Assembly: GCA_045641105.1 (NCBI GenBank)
Contig: JAZUGG010000121.1
Coordinates: forward strand, 3,670-67,669
Origin: Ruminococcus sp.
GTDB lineage: Bacteria; Bacillota; Clostridia; Oscillospirales; Ruminococcaceae
Direction: 5' to 3'
DNA: 64,000 bases
Shown here piece by piece: positions 1 to 8,885 of the stretch (position 1 is the stretch's first letter; each line of letters opens with the position of its first letter). A program made the translations under genes and the position numbers. The notes below the pieces were generated by a model. It saw nothing but the letters and a program-made list of their open reading frames with translations. It had not been told where the DNA came from and ran no database searches.

Positions 1-41
1 AGGGCAACAGAAACTGTTCCACGCTTTAACCCTGAAGACAT
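1..41 (-). CDS. N-terminal fragment of a gene running off the window, possibly GrpB-like
   Basis: ATG at 41 just after the thiT stop reads MSSGLKRGTVSVA; GLKRGTV resembles GrpB-family N-termini. Only 13 codons are visible. Confidence 0.3.
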   Translation of the reverse strand, partial: MSSGLKRGTVSVA

Positions 42-45
42 TATT

Positions 46-648
46 TTAATTTGCCTCACGCACAGTGAACATACGCTTTGTCTGCGGTACACGGAAAAGA
101 ATGAGTGCACCGAGGGTAGTCAGCAGTATTTCAGGCAGCATATATGCGCCGTTATATACAAGACTGTAAATATACTTGTTTTCTGCGACAAAATCAAGGC
201 TGTCCCAGATTTTACCTGTTGCGGCAAAAATTACAACACCGCTCATGAAATGGCTTGCAAATCTCAGTAGCATTACCATTATTGAGCCGCCTATCCATCC
301 TTTTATGCCGAATTTTCTGAAAGCACCTGCAAATCCGAGAACGGTGTAGGCGATGATGTAATCAAACATCACACAGCCGACAAGCATCGATGCTGATAAT
401 CCCCAGCCGAAAACGCCGTCTCTGACAGCACCCTGAAAAAGTTGGAATGCGGCAAAGAGGAATGATACGCTTAATCCCTTGGCAGTTCCGTGTCTGATGC
501 TGAAAGTACATATCGGCAGCATGGACATAAGAGTTATAGATCCGCCGAATGGCAGAAGTCTCTGAAAAGGTGTAATGAAGCTTAGAGCAATCGCAAGCGA
601 CAACATTACAGCTCCTTCAACAAGGGTACGGGTTTTTGAGTTTTTCAT
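46..648 (-). CDS. thiT: Energy-coupling-factor thiamine transporter S component (ThiT/YuaJ)
   Basis: Hydrophobic ~200 aa protein with GGSITL, RHG..KG and SLVYNGAYMLPE motifs; lies under a TPP riboswitch; start moved to MKNSK (RBS GAAAGGAAG). Confidence 0.9.
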   Translation of the reverse strand: MKNSKTRTLVEGAVMLSLAIALSFITPFQRLLPFGGSITLMSMLPICTFSIRHGTAKGLSVSFLFAAFQLFQGAVRDGVFGWGLSASMLVGCVMFDYIIAYTVLGFAGAFRKFGIKGWIGGSIMVMLLRFASHFMSGVVIFAATGKIWDSLDFVAENKYIYSLVYNGAYMLPEILLTTLGALILFRVPQTKRMFTVREAN

Positions 649-704
649 AGAAATACTTCCTTTCAAAAATAGTGAGTGCAGGAAGTACCGAATTTCCGTG
701 GTGT

Positions 705-736
705 ACAAAAAATGCACACCCTATCGGAGTGTGCAC
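705..736 (-). terminator. Intrinsic terminator of the TPP riboswitch expression platform
   Basis: Minus strand GTGCACAC-TCCGATAGG-GTGTGCA followed by TTTTTTGT, between the aptamer and the thiT RBS. Confidence 0.75.
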
Positions 737-755
737 AAAGTAAGCTTAGATACTT

Positions 756-832
756 GCTTCCTACGACGGTACTAACCGACAGGTTCAAAGGGTCAGATAA
801 AATCTTCTCAGCTGAAAACAGCTCCCCTGCAA
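756..832 (-). ncRNA. TPP riboswitch aptamer
   Basis: Minus strand GGGGAGCTG..CAGCTGAGA..GACCCTTTGAACCTG..GGTTAGTACCGTCGTAGGAAG matches the THI-box consensus (CTGAGA, ACCC..GAACCTG, CGTAGG); upstream of thiT. Confidence 0.93.
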
Positions 833-856
833 ATCTTTATTAAATTTACAACAGAT

Positions 857-885
857 ATTATACCATATCAAAATGAATTTGTCAA
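857..885 (-). promoter_or_regulatory. sigmaA promoter for the riboswitch-thiT transcript
   Basis: TTGACA-17 bp-TATAAT on the minus strand, overlapping the stop of the upstream gene. Confidence 0.8.
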
Positions 886-3410
886 GCGGTAACTATGTTG
901 TTTGCCTTTTGGAGATTGAGTTTCTCGACAGCTTGTTCTCTCATTTTATATTTGAGTATCTTTCCGGCGGCATTCATCGGGAAACTGTCTACAAAGTCAA
1001 CATAGCTCGGACATTTATGTTTAGCCATTCTGTCAAGGCAGAACTGCTTTATTTCAGCCTCATCGCAGGTCACGCCTTCTTTGAGGATAATGCAGGCCAT
1101 GATCTCTTCGCCGTAGTCCTCACTTGGAACACCGATGACCTGAACATCCTTTATCTTAGGATTGGTATAGAGGAAGTCCTCTATTTCCTTCGGGTAGATA
1201 TTTTCACCGCCACGGATTATCATGTCCTTGATACGGCCTGTTATCTTAAAATAACCATCCTCGGAACGTCGTCTTGCAAGGTCTCCCGTATGCAGCCAGC
1301 CCTCGGAGTCAATAGCGGCAGCAGTAGCCTCAGCCATTTTATAGTAGCCCTTCATGATGTTGTATCCTCTTGCGACAAATTCGCCGTCTGTATCGTCAGG
1401 AACTTCCTGATTTGTCTCAGGATCAACGATCTTGCATTCTACACCGAAAATAGGACCACCGACAGTGTTTACACGCTGTTCAAGAGAGTCTGTGGTCTTA
1501 CTCATGGTAGTTGCAGGGGATGCTTCTGTCTGACCGTAGGTTATGCATATTTCAGACATATGCATTTTTTCGATAACGTCCTGCATAGTTTTGATAGGAC
1601 AAGGTGAACCTGCCATGATACCTGTTCTCATGTGTGAAAAATCGGTTTTTTCAAAATCAGCATGGCCAAGCATAGCAATAAACATAGTAGGAACGCCGTG
1701 GAAACAGGTAATTTTTTCTTGATTTATGCAGGCAAGTCCCTTACGTGGAGAGAAACGTGTAATAGGGGACATGGTAACACCATGAGTTACAGAAGCAGTC
1801 ATAGCAAGAACCATGCCGAAACAATGGAACATAGGTACTTGTATCATCATGCGGTCAGCTGTGGAGAGATCCATGCAGTCACCGATAGCCTTGCCGTTGT
1901 TGACAACATTGTAGTGTGTGAGCATAACGCCCTTAGGAAAGCCTGTTGTACCTGATGTATACTGCATATTGCAGACATCATGTATGCTTATGGTCTTGCG
2001 GACAGCCTCAACCTCACTGTATGGCACATTTTCAGCAAGAGCAACGGCTTCATCCCATGTGTAACAGCCGTTGTTTTTTGAATCAACTGTAATGACATTT
2101 CTGAGGTACGGCAGTCTTTTTGAGTGGAGCTGACCGGGCTGACAGGTTTCAAGTTCCGGACAGAGTTCCTTGATTATGTCCACATAATTTATATTCTTGA
2201 TTCCGTCTATCATAATAAGCGTCATTGTATCTGACTGACGGAGAAGATATTCTGTTTCGTGGATGCGGTACTCGGTGTTCATGGTGACAAGAACAGCACC
2301 TATTTTGGTAACTGCCCAGAAAGCAATGTACCATTGAGGAATATTAGTAGCCCATATCGCAACATGGTCGTCTTTTTTAACACCCATAGCAAGAAGTGAA
2401 CGTGCAAAAGTATCAACATCGTCACGGAATTCAGGATATGTTCTTGTATAATCAAGTTCGGTATAGCGGAAGGCATACTGATTCGGGAACTGGTCGCAGA
2501 TACGGTCAAGGATATCAGGGAAGGTGTAGTTGAGAATACGTTCCTTCGGCCACGGATACTGACCGTCACCTCTCATATTTGTCTGGAGAGAGTGCTTGTG
2601 TTTGGTTCTGTATGGTGACATGAATTCGGCAAACTGCGGAATAACGATACCGCCGTCACTGAGGTCTCTTGCCCAGCGTTTTACCCATTCCAGAGAAATA
2701 TAGCCGTTGTAATTAATAGCTTCAACAGCCTTTATCATTTCCTTGACAGGAATATCACCTGTACCCATAATACGGTATTCAACAGTGCCGTTTGTATTCA
2801 ATACGCTGTCTTTTACCTGAATATACTTGATGAATTCACCGAGATTTGCAACTGTAGTTTCAGGGGATTCACCGCCGAAACGATAAGGGTGATGCATATC
2901 CCAGAGAGCAGCTACCTTTCGGCTTCCTACTTTTCTGAGTACTTCGGCAAGACGTGCTGTATTTGAATAAACACCGTTTGTCTCAACGAGAAGTGTGACA
3001 TTGTATTCTTCAGCGATAGGAACGAGCTTTTTCAGTGATTCGATGATAAGCTCATCATCAACATCATCTTTTGGTGCGGGTTCAAGGTCAGCGAGGATCC
3101 TTATGAAAGAAGCGCCTATCTTCTGAGCAAGTTTGGCATATTCAAGAACTTCATTTTCGGCAATGTCAAACTTATCGCTGAATTTAAGACACGCACCGGA
3201 AGAAAGGCAAGGAATTTCAAGATTTAGTGAACGCAGCTTCTCAACAGTTGCAGGGAGTTGTTTTTCGGTAAAAGGCTGTGCTTTGACCGAAAAGATCTCA
3301 TTGCCGAGACCTCTGATCTCGATACCGTCGAAACCGAAGTCCTTGGCTATAGAATAGATATCCGACCATGCCCAGTCAGGGCAGGCGAGAGTTGAAAAAG
3401 CAATTTTCAC
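882..3410 (-). CDS. Fusion of a xylose-isomerase-like TIM barrel (AP_endonuc_2) and an acyl-CoA synthetase (AMP-binding)
   Basis: N-terminal ~270 aa has AFSTLACP, LVETNG, LWDMHHP, QVKD, SLEW; C-terminal part has YTSGTTGFPKG, YGQTE, TGDL, RIKDMIIRGGENIYP, GKI. GTG start at 3410 after AAAGGA. Confidence 0.85.
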   Translation of the reverse strand: MKIAFSTLACPDWAWSDIYSIAKDFGFDGIEIRGLGNEIFSVKAQPFTEKQLPATVEKLRSLNLEIPCLSSGACLKFSDKFDIAENEVLEYAKLAQKIGASFIRILADLEPAPKDDVDDELIIESLKKLVPIAEEYNVTLLVETNGVYSNTARLAEVLRKVGSRKVAALWDMHHPYRFGGESPETTVANLGEFIKYIQVKDSVLNTNGTVEYRIMGTGDIPVKEMIKAVEAINYNGYISLEWVKRWARDLSDGGIVIPQFAEFMSPYRTKHKHSLQTNMRGDGQYPWPKERILNYTFPDILDRICDQFPNQYAFRYTELDYTRTYPEFRDDVDTFARSLLAMGVKKDDHVAIWATNIPQWYIAFWAVTKIGAVLVTMNTEYRIHETEYLLRQSDTMTLIMIDGIKNINYVDIIKELCPELETCQPGQLHSKRLPYLRNVITVDSKNNGCYTWDEAVALAENVPYSEVEAVRKTISIHDVCNMQYTSGTTGFPKGVMLTHYNVVNNGKAIGDCMDLSTADRMMIQVPMFHCFGMVLAMTASVTHGVTMSPITRFSPRKGLACINQEKITCFHGVPTMFIAMLGHADFEKTDFSHMRTGIMAGSPCPIKTMQDVIEKMHMSEICITYGQTEASPATTMSKTTDSLEQRVNTVGGPIFGVECKIVDPETNQEVPDDTDGEFVARGYNIMKGYYKMAEATAAAIDSEGWLHTGDLARRRSEDGYFKITGRIKDMIIRGGENIYPKEIEDFLYTNPKIKDVQVIGVPSEDYGEEIMACIILKEGVTCDEAEIKQFCLDRMAKHKCPSYVDFVDSFPMNAAGKILKYKMREQAVEKLNLQKANNIVTA

Positions 3411-3466
3411 AATAATCAATCCTTTACTTAGTATAAAAATTCAAGGCATCTTTGAGGTAAACTGCC

Positions 3467-3730
3467 TCAAAACAGCTTTTTTTTCAAAAAGTCAGGGTCA
3501 GATGTGATCTTCTGACGAATAAGTTCATTAAGTTCATTTTTCAGCATATCTGCCGATTCATCTGAAAACTCCTCAGCAGCATATTCCTTTGGGCGCATTC
3601 CGCTTGTTCTTGCAGCAGCTTTTGCCTGTTTTTCTGAATTGAAACGTTTAGCAAAAACACGGCTGTAAACAAAAGCTTTTGAAGAATACAGGTATTTCCC
3701 GTCAGAAAAACGCCTGATAGTCCATTTCAC
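3467..3730 (-). CDS. Small basic hypothetical protein
   Basis: 87 aa ORF with RBS GAGGTG, 10 bp after the YdcF-like gene on the same strand. Confidence 0.6.
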   Translation of the reverse strand: MKWTIRRFSDGKYLYSSKAFVYSRVFAKRFNSEKQAKAAARTSGMRPKEYAAEEFSDESADMLKNELNELIRQKITSDPDFLKKKLF

Positions 3731-3739
3731 AGCATCACC

Positions 3740-4501
3740 TCAGCCAAAAAGCTTATAAAATGCAATTCCGAACCATTCTCTTACCCAGTAGGTAGGAACG
3801 ATATACCATGAAGTATAACCTGAGATGTTGGTCGGGTGCATATCAATCTTTTCTGCCAGCATTTCTGCACGGTATTGATGAAATCCGTCAGTTACAAGAG
3901 TAAACTGCTGCGGGAGTGCATTATCTTCAGCTATTTTCTTTGAGAATTTCAGGTTTTCAACGGTATTTACGGATCTATCCTCCATAAAAATGCGTTCACG
4001 GCTTATGCCTTTTTCGGTAAGATATTCCATCATGCACTGCGCCTCGCTTATGACCTCATCGTCACCTTTTCCGCCTGAAACGATAACATTTACGCTGTCA
4101 TGCTGACTGAGATAATCATAGGCGGCATCAAGTCTGCGTCGGAGCATAAGGCAAGGCTTTCCGTTTTTGACCTTGCAGCCGAGAACTATAAGTGTAGTGT
4201 TATCATTTTTTGGCGGATCATGTATCTCTCTTACCATCAGTATGCTCATAATAACTGACAGCACTATACAGATGCACACGATAACGGAAAAAACACATAT
4301 GAAAACCTTTCCGACCGGCTTATCCCAGATGCCGGAGACAAGCTTTCTGAAAGGTTTCCAGAAAATGAAGATAAGAGTCAGAATGCCTGATATGAGCATT
4401 CCTGCAATATTTCCGACATTCAGAATATTAGTGAGTATCGGCGCTGCGAAAAGTCCGAAAATCAGCAGACAAATAATTGCAGGTATGATTTTTACTTCCA
4501 T
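3740..4501 (-). CDS. YdcF/DUF218 family membrane protein
   Basis: N-terminal TM helices, then IVLG, RRRLDAA, VSGGKG, SEA..M, EDRSVNTVENL, VTDGFHQYRA, VRE motifs. Confidence 0.85.
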   Translation of the reverse strand: MEVKIIPAIICLLIFGLFAAPILTNILNVGNIAGMLISGILTLIFIFWKPFRKLVSGIWDKPVGKVFICVFSVIVCICIVLSVIMSILMVREIHDPPKNDNTTLIVLGCKVKNGKPCLMLRRRLDAAYDYLSQHDSVNVIVSGGKGDDEVISEAQCMMEYLTEKGISRERIFMEDRSVNTVENLKFSKKIAEDNALPQQFTLVTDGFHQYRAEMLAEKIDMHPTNISGYTSWYIVPTYWVREWFGIAFYKLFG

Positions 4502-4512
4502 TTAACCTCCTG

Positions 4513-5352
4513 TCAGGTCTGTTTCAAAGAAGCGGCGAGTTTCAGTATTCTGTCAAGATTTTCCTTGGTGGTCTGACCGCTTCCGAGATGAGTCGGAACG
4601 CTGTTGTAAAGACCGTGGAAATCCGAGCCGCCTGTCTGTATAAGGTCATATTTTTCGGCAATTTCAATAAGGCGTTTTTTATAGCTGTCGTCAGCCGAAT
4701 AGTGGTCAATCTCAACACCGTCGATACGTCCCTGTTTTGCAAGTTCTTCGAGGAGTTCGATGCTGTCATACTGTGCAGGATGAGCCATAACGGCAACGCC
4801 CTTTGAGGTATGTATCAAATCAATAACGAAATTGACATCCGGATATTCACGTTCAACATAGCAAGAACCTGTCTGAGGGTTAAAGAGTTCTCTGTCAAGG
4901 TCACCATAGAATTCAAGAGCATAGCCGTAATCAATAAGTGCACGCATGATGTGCTGTTTGAAAATGCTCTTTGAACCCGTAGTATGTCTCAGTATACTTT
5001 CCTGAGTTATCGGGAATTTCTGCATGACTTTCTCGATCATTTCCTTTGAGCAGTCACGTCTTATCTCGCAGCATTTCAGGCAGAGACCTTCAAGGCGGTT
5101 AGGCTTTGACGGGGCGTAGCAGAGAATATGGACTTTGCGGTTCCTCTCTTTGTCCCATGCGGAAAGCTCAACGCCGTGGAGAATTTTTATGCCTGCACGT
5201 TCAGCAATGACATCTGCTCTTGAAAATGAAGCCATAGTATCATGGTCAGTTATCGAAAGCCATTCGATATTTGTACGTTTTGCCTGTTCGATGATATCCT
5301 CAATACCAAGAGAACCATCGGACAGCATAGTGTGGCAATGTAAATCAATCAT
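4513..5352 (-). CDS. PHP-domain metal-dependent phosphoesterase (TrpH-like)
   Basis: DLHCHT..SDG, ITDHDT, GVE, VHIL, MAHP, GGSDFHG motifs. Confidence 0.88.
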   Translation of the reverse strand: MIDLHCHTMLSDGSLGIEDIIEQAKRTNIEWLSITDHDTMASFSRADVIAERAGIKILHGVELSAWDKERNRKVHILCYAPSKPNRLEGLCLKCCEIRRDCSKEMIEKVMQKFPITQESILRHTTGSKSIFKQHIMRALIDYGYALEFYGDLDRELFNPQTGSCYVEREYPDVNFVIDLIHTSKGVAVMAHPAQYDSIELLEELAKQGRIDGVEIDHYSADDSYKKRLIEIAEKYDLIQTGGSDFHGLYNSVPTHLGSGQTTKENLDRILKLAASLKQT

Positions 5353-5551
5353 AATAGAACCTCTTTCACCGCATCAATGCGGAAGATATACGTCATGTAT
5401 ATCCTGAAAATAAATAAAAAATAACCTGTACTGATTATTAAAAAATAAAATTAATGGAGTTACAATATGATATTACGTAATATTATACCACAAAATGAAA
5501 GAGAATTCAAGTATTTCAGATATATTTTTAGTTTTTCAAATTTTTTGACGA

Positions 5552-6382
5552 TTATTCACCGCAAAAAGCAGAATATAGTTCGCCTTTTCTGAAACCTGTT
5601 TCCTTAGCCACAGCCTTGCACGCTTCTGTAGGTTTTTCGCCCATATCGATGAGCTTTCTGACCTGAGAAAGAGCCTGTTCTATGGTTATCTCACCCGATA
5701 TATCAGCAGTTTTGCCTTCAAGTACAAGGACAAATTCTCCCTTTGGCTCATGTTCCGAATAGTATTCCACAGCTTCGTCGAGAGTCATTCTTAGAACTTC
5801 CTCATGTATTTTCGTAAGTTCACGGCAAAGTGAAACATGTCTTTCGCCGCCGAAAAATTCCGCAAGATCAGCAAGAGTTGTTTTCAGCTTATGGGGAGCT
5901 TCATAGAAAACCATGACAGCAGTTTCATTCCTGAGAAGTTCAAGGCGTTCATTGCGCTCTTTTTTCGGAACGGGAAGAAATCCCTCAAAAGTAAATCTTC
6001 TTGTGCTCAAACCTGAGACAGCAACAGCGGAAACTACAGCGCTCGGACCTGGAACAACTTTGACTTCAATACCGTTTTCAGCGCACATTTTTACAAGTAC
6101 CTCGCCCGGATCGGAGATGCACGGCATACCCGCATCAGTAACGATGCCGCAGTTCTCACCGTTCATAATACGGTCAATAATGTGCTGTGCATCGGCTTTT
6201 GAGCTGTGTTCATGGAAACTGACAAGCTGTTTTTTTATTTCATATCGGTTGAGAAGTTTGAGGCTTACTCTCGTATCTTCGGCGCAGATGAAGTCAACGC
6301 TGCCAAGTGTATCAAGCTGACGGAGGGTGATATCCTCCATATTGCCTATCGGAGTTCCGATGATGTAAAGTATTCCGCTCAT
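5552..6382 (-). CDS. rsmI: 16S rRNA (cytidine1402-2'-O)-methyltransferase
   Basis: TPIGNMEDIT.R, AEDTR, DAGMPCISDPG, VPGPSA, FEGFLP, FYEAPH, RELTKIHEE. Confidence 0.95.
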   Translation of the reverse strand: MSGILYIIGTPIGNMEDITLRQLDTLGSVDFICAEDTRVSLKLLNRYEIKKQLVSFHEHSSKADAQHIIDRIMNGENCGIVTDAGMPCISDPGEVLVKMCAENGIEVKVVPGPSAVVSAVAVSGLSTRRFTFEGFLPVPKKERNERLELLRNETAVMVFYEAPHKLKTTLADLAEFFGGERHVSLCRELTKIHEEVLRMTLDEAVEYYSEHEPKGEFVLVLEGKTADISGEITIEQALSQVRKLIDMGEKPTEACKAVAKETGFRKGELYSAFCGE

Positions 6383-7101
6383 AGCTGTTCCTTTCCTGTT
6401 GAGTAGATTTTTTGCAGTTCATCTGAAAAGCCGTTTTCGCTTCGTATATACAGCTGAGGTTCAACGACCATGAACGGTTTTGAGCCTTTTTTTCCCTCGA
6501 TAAGAAAAAGCCATGGGGCTTCATCGGGATTTTTTGACACGAAGCGCAGACGTTTCGGCTCTATATTGTGATTTTTCATTGCGGCAATGACATCGCTGAG
6601 ACGTTCAGGACGGTTGCAGACACATAGTCTGCCGCCGAATTTCAGCAGTTTTTCAGCCGCACCGCATACATCGTCAATATTGCACATTATCTCATGACGT
6701 GCTATTTTCTGTGCAGTGATGACACTCTGAAAGCCTGCATTCACAGCCTTATAAGGAGGGTTGCAGGTGACGAGGTCAAGCTGACCGAGCGGAGCGCCGT
6801 CCCATAATTCCTTTAGGTCGGCACATATTGGAACAATGCCCTGAGTTTCACTTTTTTCGATGCCCATGCGCAGCTGTTCAACAGCGCCTTCCTGAATATC
6901 GACAGCATAGGTTATCTGCGGCGGCAGTTTTTTCTGCATTATCAGTGGGATTATGCCGCAGCCTGTACCAAGATCGCAGGCTTTGTCCTTGTGTCTGTAC
7001 TGCGAGAAATCAGCAAGCAGAAAGGCATCAGTGCCAAATCGGTGGTCAGTGCTTGCACAGACGTATACTTTGTCAGTAAGTTTTTCAAATTTATATTCCA
7101 T
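6379..7101 (-). CDS. tRNA1(Val) A37 N6-methyltransferase (TrmN6/YabB-like)
   Basis: FGTDAFLLA, DLGTGCGIIP, CNPPY, ARHE, RPERL; overlaps rsmI by 4 bp, the usual neighbour in Firmicutes. Confidence 0.88.
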   Translation of the reverse strand: MEYKFEKLTDKVYVCASTDHRFGTDAFLLADFSQYRHKDKACDLGTGCGIIPLIMQKKLPPQITYAVDIQEGAVEQLRMGIEKSETQGIVPICADLKELWDGAPLGQLDLVTCNPPYKAVNAGFQSVITAQKIARHEIMCNIDDVCGAAEKLLKFGGRLCVCNRPERLSDVIAAMKNHNIEPKRLRFVSKNPDEAPWLFLIEGKKGSKPFMVVEPQLYIRSENGFSDELQKIYSTGKEQL

Positions 7102-7110
7102 AGCAGTTCC

Positions 7111-8187
7111 TTATCTTATTGTACCGCCGCCGACAACGATATCTCCGTCATAGAGTACGACTGCCTGACCGCTTGTGACAGCTCGCTGCGGCTTATCAAA
7201 TTCAACGAGATATTCGCCGTTTCCAAGATATGAAAGAACGGCAGGCTGTTCCTTTTGGGTGTAGCGTGTTTTGGTAGTGACACGAATCGGCTGGGGAAGT
7301 TCAGCTGTTGAGATGAGGTTGAAATCCTCGGCAATCAGCGAATTTGTGTACAGATCAGATTCAAGACCGAGAGTCACGGTATTTGAATCAATGTCTTTTT
7401 TTACGACATATGCAGGATGACCGAGAGCAATGCCGAGACCTTTGCGCTGACCTACAGTATAGTTTATTATGCCCTTATGCTGACCGAGAACATTGCCGTT
7501 CATGTCGATGAAATCGCCTGATTCAGGCATATAACCTGTATGACGGGTGATGAACGAAGCATAATCACCGTCGGGCACAAAGCAGATATCCTGACTGTCG
7601 GGCTTGTCTGAATTGCCGAGAACGGCATTCTGAGCGAGTTCACGAACCTGAGTTTTTTCAAGTTCACCGAGAGGAAAAACGATATGTGACAACTGTTCCT
7701 GAGTGAGGGAATAGAGCACATATGTCTGATCCTTACTGCGGTCTTTGGGGCGTTTCAAAAGCCATCTTCCTGATTTTTCATCATATTCCGAAACGGCGTA
7801 ATGACCTGTAGCAATGCAGTCAAATCCCATTTCAAGGGCACGTTCGAGCATATGACCGAATTTGATGTGGCGGTTGCACTCAATACATGGATTAGGCGTT
7901 TTGCCGCAGATATAGCTGTCCGCAAACTTTTTCATGACACATTCATGAAAAAATTCACGAAAGTCAAAAATGTGGTGGACAATGCCGAGCTTTTCAGCGG
8001 CTTTTCGGGCATCTTCCGCATCAGAAAGGGCACAGCACGTTTTTCCTTCGGTAAGGGCATCAGCTATATCCTCATCTGAGAAAAGTTTCAGGGTAACGCC
8101 TGTAACATCAAATCCACGCTCTTTCAGAAGCAAAGCGGCAACCGAACTGTCAACTCCGCCGCTCATGCCGACCAGAACTTTTTTCAT
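7111..8187 (-). CDS. mnmA: tRNA 2-thiouridylase MnmA
   Basis: GMSGGVDSS, TPNPCIECN, IATGHYA, KDQTY, DSQDICF, YTVGQRKGLG, SGQAVVLY; start at MKKVLVG. Confidence 0.95.
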   Translation of the reverse strand: MKKVLVGMSGGVDSSVAALLLKERGFDVTGVTLKLFSDEDIADALTEGKTCCALSDAEDARKAAEKLGIVHHIFDFREFFHECVMKKFADSYICGKTPNPCIECNRHIKFGHMLERALEMGFDCIATGHYAVSEYDEKSGRWLLKRPKDRSKDQTYVLYSLTQEQLSHIVFPLGELEKTQVRELAQNAVLGNSDKPDSQDICFVPDGDYASFITRHTGYMPESGDFIDMNGNVLGQHKGIINYTVGQRKGLGIALGHPAYVVKKDIDSNTVTLGLESDLYTNSLIAEDFNLISTAELPQPIRVTTKTRYTQKEQPAVLSYLGNGEYLVEFDKPQRAVTSGQAVVLYDGDIVVGGGTIR

Positions 8188-8237
8188 AGTAACTCCTTTA
8201 CAAAAGATATGGCGAACATTGTTCGCCATGAATATTT

Positions 8238-8885
8238 TCAAAATATATTTTTCAATTCATCAAGTGATTCAAGATAATAGTCAGACAGCCCGATGATACG
8301 CTGTTTATCGGCATCGGCGGCTTCATCATAAATACCTGCGGTGACAAATCCTGCACTTACAGATGTTTCAATGCAGTGAAGCGAATCTTCAATAACAAGT
8401 GTTTCATCAGGCTTACAGCCGAGTCTCTCTGCACCGCCGAGAAAGATATCAGGCTTTTTTTTGCCCATAGGATACTCAATATCTGTAAGCAGAAAGGCAA
8501 ATCTGTCAGCGATTCCGCATCTTTTAAGCACAGCTTCGGCAAGTCCTTTATAGGTTGCGGTTGCTACGCCATACGGAATACCTGTACTGTCAAGGAAATC
8601 AAGTGCTTCATGTACGAAAGGTTTCAGTTGGATATTCTGCTCATACTGCACACGCACAAGCTCCTCGATACGCTTTATCACATATTCCTTTGTGAGGTCA
8701 AGTCTGAAAAAATCAATGAAATACTGTGACGATTCATCCACAGACATGGTTTTCATGCGGTCTGAGATATCTTCGGGAGGATCAGTAACGCCGTTCTCCC
8801 TTAGGAATTCACGGTCAATGTTATACCATATCTTCATGGAGTCGATGAGAGTGCCGTCAAGGTCAAAAATTACGCCTTTAATCAA
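8238..8885 (-). CDS. HAD-family phosphatase
   Basis: FDLDGTLIDS motif I, KKPDIF, IEDS. Confidence 0.88.
   Translation of the reverse strand: MIKGVIFDLDGTLIDSMKIWYNIDREFLRENGVTDPPEDISDRMKTMSVDESSQYFIDFFRLDLTKEYVIKRIEELVRVQYEQNIQLKPFVHEALDFLDSTGIPYGVATATYKGLAEAVLKRCGIADRFAFLLTDIEYPMGKKKPDIFLGGAERLGCKPDETLVIEDSLHCIETSVSAGFVTAGIYDEAADADKQRIIGLSDYYLESLDELKNIF

Noticed and set aside
873-1955. Plus-strand ORFs of 244 aa and 97 aa
   Set aside because: Antisense shadows of the acyl-CoA synthetase domain; no RBS or motif.
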